DNA of 20,000 nucleotides, from IMG/VR virus record IMGVR_UViG_3300027708_000053; one strand, written 5' to 3'. A program made the position numbers and the translations under genes. Below the pieces are notes generated by a model that saw only the letters and a program-made list of their open reading frames with translations, made no database searches and was not told the DNA's origin. Below, one piece after another: positions 18,101 through 20,000 of the stretch (positions are counted from its first letter, which is position 1; every line of letters starts with the position of its first letter). This DNA comes from an uncultured virus (IMG/VR IMGVR_UViG_3300027708_000053) (lineage: Duplodnaviria; Heunggongvirae; Uroviricota; Caudoviricetes).

Positions 18101-18486
18101 CTCTGTTCAATGGCGCTCAAACCGCCTTTTCGTTGACTTATAGCAACACCACTGTAACAAGCGCAAATGCATCACCAGTAGATCCTAATAAATTACAGAT
18201 TTACATTGGTAGCGTTCTTGTAGATTACAATCCAAATTTTTACAGATACGATTATGTAAATCTGACTGAATTCGGAACATCAAATACATATGTAAATGGT
18301 ACGTTCAATTCCGGTTGGTATTTGTCTGGAACGTCAAACAACATTATCAACTTCGCAACTCCGCCACTATCAGGAATGTCATTTGATGGTTTCTGGAGAT
18401 CTGGAATTGGTATTGATAAAGATGTTACGTATTCAACAAACAGTTCGACTTATTTCACACCATTAAATATTGCGTTTGGGGCATAA
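15112..18486 (+). CDS. Large tail fibre / receptor-binding protein: eight CBM5/12-like repeats, a pectin-lyase-like beta-helix region, and a C-terminal fibre domain
   Basis: N-terminus MVDFVLGRLKFTYQGNW. Repeats of W....Y..GD.V.YGG..Y. A YYVSPNG..G....PFKTIQYA..IFVKTGTYTEQLPI.VP.NVSIVGE..R beta-helix start. Later motifs GRVYYTSTDQDGNFRVG and VPTQQAVKTYVD. Confidence 0.82.
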   Translation: MVDFVLGRLKFTYQGNWTTTFAYIKDDIVTYGGRTYVCVTNHTSNASASGGFYSDSANWNLISDGIQYKGAWSNGVYYKVNDLVKYGPDIWICTAGHTSGSTFQSTESNFTVFVNGLEFLNSYNNSTQYTIGDVVTYGGYVYAAKTDTLGNLPTNATYWSVVTTGYNPRGAWSSGTAYKIGDTVIYGAYSYVASQDSTGQVPAPASSYWTQVAAGTKFIGTWSSGTGYKLGDIVTYGAYSYVALQDGTNQNPSTAGSYWQQLNPGNQFRSTYSAGTTYNKGDIVTYGGNSYIAIQDTIGNTPTNATYWTALVSGFSFQGAWSGATAYKVGQVVTYSGYSYICIQDASSGTAPSNGTYWTALNSGFKWNNAWANATSYQTGDVVSYGGSSYVSAGYNNVNNAPTPSSNVYWQLVAQGTTANLGLTTLGDTLFYNVSGLDRLPIGSNNTIMTSNGTTLSWGNPGVSANAYYVSPNGVDAAGYGSTIQKPFKTIQYATQQTSGLSTIFVKTGTYTEQLPIVVPPNVSIVGETMRTTIVQPITGVLSNDGVNNNENSTMFQMSDGTSLNSISMRGMTGFVPSGNDITGATLKGIGIAFNPSSPITTKSPYIVYCSALFTSGIGALVDGSVHASGNRSMLFHSFTNIADNGVGIYAKDKGKSEVVSCFTYFAYFGYAASGGGIIRSLNGNHSYGNYGSFARGYDTTEVSSNGVVYGNMLTLNSNAVNYSVGETIVGSVTGARGTVTAVQGTAGTVYYYKSNANTFTTNETVTGLSSTYAANTLSSNSVTGQAGFILVVSGLPQAPGIGQSLNFTSGDTQSYIIQNYSGTYINSSSVLQLVLTAQKTTPSSNGAAIQIRSNFSNIRLTGHDFLSVGTGNTTTSGYPNVNNALTIQAQETSAANVGRVYYTSTDQDGNFRVGSYFAVNQATGAATLNASAFNLSGLTSLRLGSIGAQVGALISEFSTDGTLSANSDAKVPTQQAVKTYVDNKAAQVFTLDDISPLFNGAQTAFSLTYSNTTVTSANASPVDPNKLQIYIGSVLVDYNPNFYRYDYVNLTEFGTSNTYVNGTFNSGWYLSGTSNNIINFATPPLSGMSFDGFWRSGIGIDKDVTYSTNSSTYFTPLNIAFGA
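15142..16359 (+). repeat. Eight tandem ~50-aa CBM5/12 (chitin-binding-like) repeats
   Basis: Consensus G-[AT]-W-x5-Y-x2-G-D-x-V-x-Y-G-x2-[SV]-Y-x3-Q-D-x5-P-x3/4-Y-W-x5-G seen eight times in the translation; the first two copies are the most divergent. Confidence 0.85.
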
Positions 18487-18510
18487 TCCTCAAAGTAAGA
18501 ATTATAGATA

Positions 18511-18518
18511 TATAAATA
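18511..18518 (+). promoter_or_regulatory. T4-type late promoter (TATAAATA)
   Basis: Exact match in the intergenic gap, 36 nt upstream of ATG 18555. Confidence 0.8.
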
Positions 18519-18554
18519 AACAAAATAAGGTTTCACTTAGAAAGGTTTTTCACA

Positions 18555-20000
18555 ATGGCAAGAAGAGTAATTCTAGACACTCAGTATACGTTTAACCCAG
18601 CTTCAAGAACAATCACGATTCCGAGAGCTCTGCCTCGCGAGCGTCTGCTGCTGATCACAAACGTAACAACAAACCGAGTGATCTATAACTTCAGTGATTC
18701 GACGCTGACTGCTACTGCTTATAGCTTGGCTCAGCCAACTACCAGCACAAACGCTGTAACTACGATTACGCTGGCATACAATACAACTTCTATGAGCTCG
18801 ACAGATAAGCTCCAGATTGTTATTGATGAAGCAGCTGAGCTGTTTGCTCCTGACGAAGCTTATCTTGACCCTGTTGGAAAAATGCGTGTATCGACTCCAC
18901 AGGCTCTTATCGATACTGACTTCGAATATGGTCTACAACCAACAAAGTGGGAAACACTTACTCTTCTGAATAATCGTCCTTCTTTCTTTGTGAATACTCA
19001 GACTCCTTTCACAATTACTGATATTACAGTCGTAAATGCTTCCTTAACAGTTACTGTCGCAACAACAACTCCTCCTGCTGTCGGTACTCCTATTCTTATT
19101 CAGGATTGTATCTTTGCTGGTGGTAACGGAGCATTCCTAGTTGAAACTGTATCTGCTGGTGTGAGTTTTACCTACACTGCTCGTTATCCGTTCACTGGTA
19201 CTACTGGCTCGGTTTACAACTCTGCTCTTACTCTTGCATTCACTGGTTCGTTCTATACCGGTTCGGCATATGCCATTCCTTCTCAGCCGGTAATTGGTGC
19301 AGCTGGTCTTGTTACTATTACAACAACTGGTTCGCACGGTCTTCAGGTTGGTGATGGTATTTACATTGCCAATACAACGGTTTCATCTGGTAATAACATC
19401 AGCAGTTCGTATAGCGTTGCCAGTGTTTCAAACTCGACTGTATTCTCTGTTATCGCGCCAAACTCACCAACTTCTGGTGCTACTGTAACAAACGGTGTAA
19501 TCTATCCTCGTCCAGATGGTGTTTATTTGCACCGTCCGTTTGATGGTGGTGTTACATTCAACACTGGTACACCAGCTCACAATATTCAGACAATTCGTCA
19601 AACACGCCGTTTCTTCCGTTATCAGTCTGGTAAAGGTATTCAGATCTCAACTGGTACTATTCTGAAGCCAAATATCAATATCGATCAGATTGACTCTACA
19701 ACTGCTACAGGTTCAGCTTCTAGCACAATCACTGTAACAACAAAGGTCGGTCACGCTCTACAGACTGGTGTTACGATTGTTGTTGCCGGATGTAACGAAT
19801 CTGCATATAACGGAACCTTTACTGTAGCATCAGTAATCGACGCTTTCCGTTTCACATACACTGCTCTTACAACTCCTTCGGCTTCACCAGCTACCGGTCT
19901 TCCTTCTCTGGCTGTAACTAACTGGTATGGTTCTTCTTCTCGTATTGGCATGTTCGATGCACAGAACGGCGTTTTCTTCGAGTTTGATGGTCAAACACTA
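18555..20000 (+). CDS. Large virion structural / fibre-associated protein, 3'-truncated (absent from the ORF track)
   Basis: Hand translation gives MARRVILDTQYTFNPASRTITIP..LLLITNVTTNRVIYNFSD..DPVGKMRVSTPQALIDTDFEYGLQPTKWE..HRPFDGGV..IRQTRRFFRYQSGKGIQISTG..RIGMFDAQNGVFFEFDGQTL, staying in frame to the window end. These motifs are recognised from T4-like cyanophage structural proteins. AAAGG SD and a late promoter lie upstream. Confidence 0.85.
   Translation, partial: MARRVILDTQYTFNPASRTITIPRALPRERLLLITNVTTNRVIYNFSDSTLTATAYSLAQPTTSTNAVTTITLAYNTTSMSSTDKLQIVIDEAAELFAPDEAYLDPVGKMRVSTPQALIDTDFEYGLQPTKWETLTLLNNRPSFFVNTQTPFTITDITVVNASLTVTVATTTPPAVGTPILIQDCIFAGGNGAFLVETVSAGVSFTYTARYPFTGTTGSVYNSALTLAFTGSFYTGSAYAIPSQPVIGAAGLVTITTTGSHGLQVGDGIYIANTTVSSGNNISSSYSVASVSNSTVFSVIAPNSPTSGATVTNGVIYPRPDGVYLHRPFDGGVTFNTGTPAHNIQTIRQTRRFFRYQSGKGIQISTGTILKPNINIDQIDSTTATGSASSTITVTTKVGHALQTGVTIVVAGCNESAYNGTFTVASVIDAFRFTYTALTTPSASPATGLPSLAVTNWYGSSSRIGMFDAQNGVFFEFDGQTL

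Noticed and set aside
18487..18554. Rho-independent terminator in the longest intergenic gap
   Set aside because: No GC-rich hairpin followed by a U-tract is visible.
1233..19951. Short alternative-frame and antisense ORFs in the track (1233-1463, 1318-1533, 2704-2895, 6241-6474, 11536-11718, 11736-11936, 12427-12678, 14222-14509, 16716-16955, 16813-17022, 19137-19337, 19294-19488, 19751-19951)
   Set aside because: All overlap long, motif-bearing + strand genes, have no recognisable motifs, and look like codon-bias shadows.
1..20000. Eukaryotic or archaeal virus origin as the explanation for the sequons
   Set aside because: T4-type gp8 and VrlC synteny, TATAAATA late promoters and SD motifs point to a bacteriophage. 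No signal peptides or transmembrane anchors are evident.

Overview
The window is one co-oriented (+ strand), AT-rich late structural gene cluster of a large T4-like myovirus, resembling marine/freshwater cyanophage-like T4 relatives. In order it encodes: a 5'-truncated, expanded gp8-like baseplate wedge protein; a DUF4815/VrlC-like virion protein split into two genes; a small coiled-coil protein; several tail-fibre and adaptor proteins; a 1124-aa fibre with eight CBM5/12-like repeats; and a 3'-truncated structural gene from 18555 that the ORF track missed. T4-type late promoters (TATAAATA) precede 6492, 14304 and 18555. The most unusual signal is a strong apparent excess of N-X-S/T sequons in the virion proteins, which suggests possible N-glycosylation of the virion. 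Next is the fission of the DUF4815 gene at the position of the family's D-P-[LI]-A-Q motif. All family calls come from motif recognition by eye and all counts are hand counts; no database searches were run.
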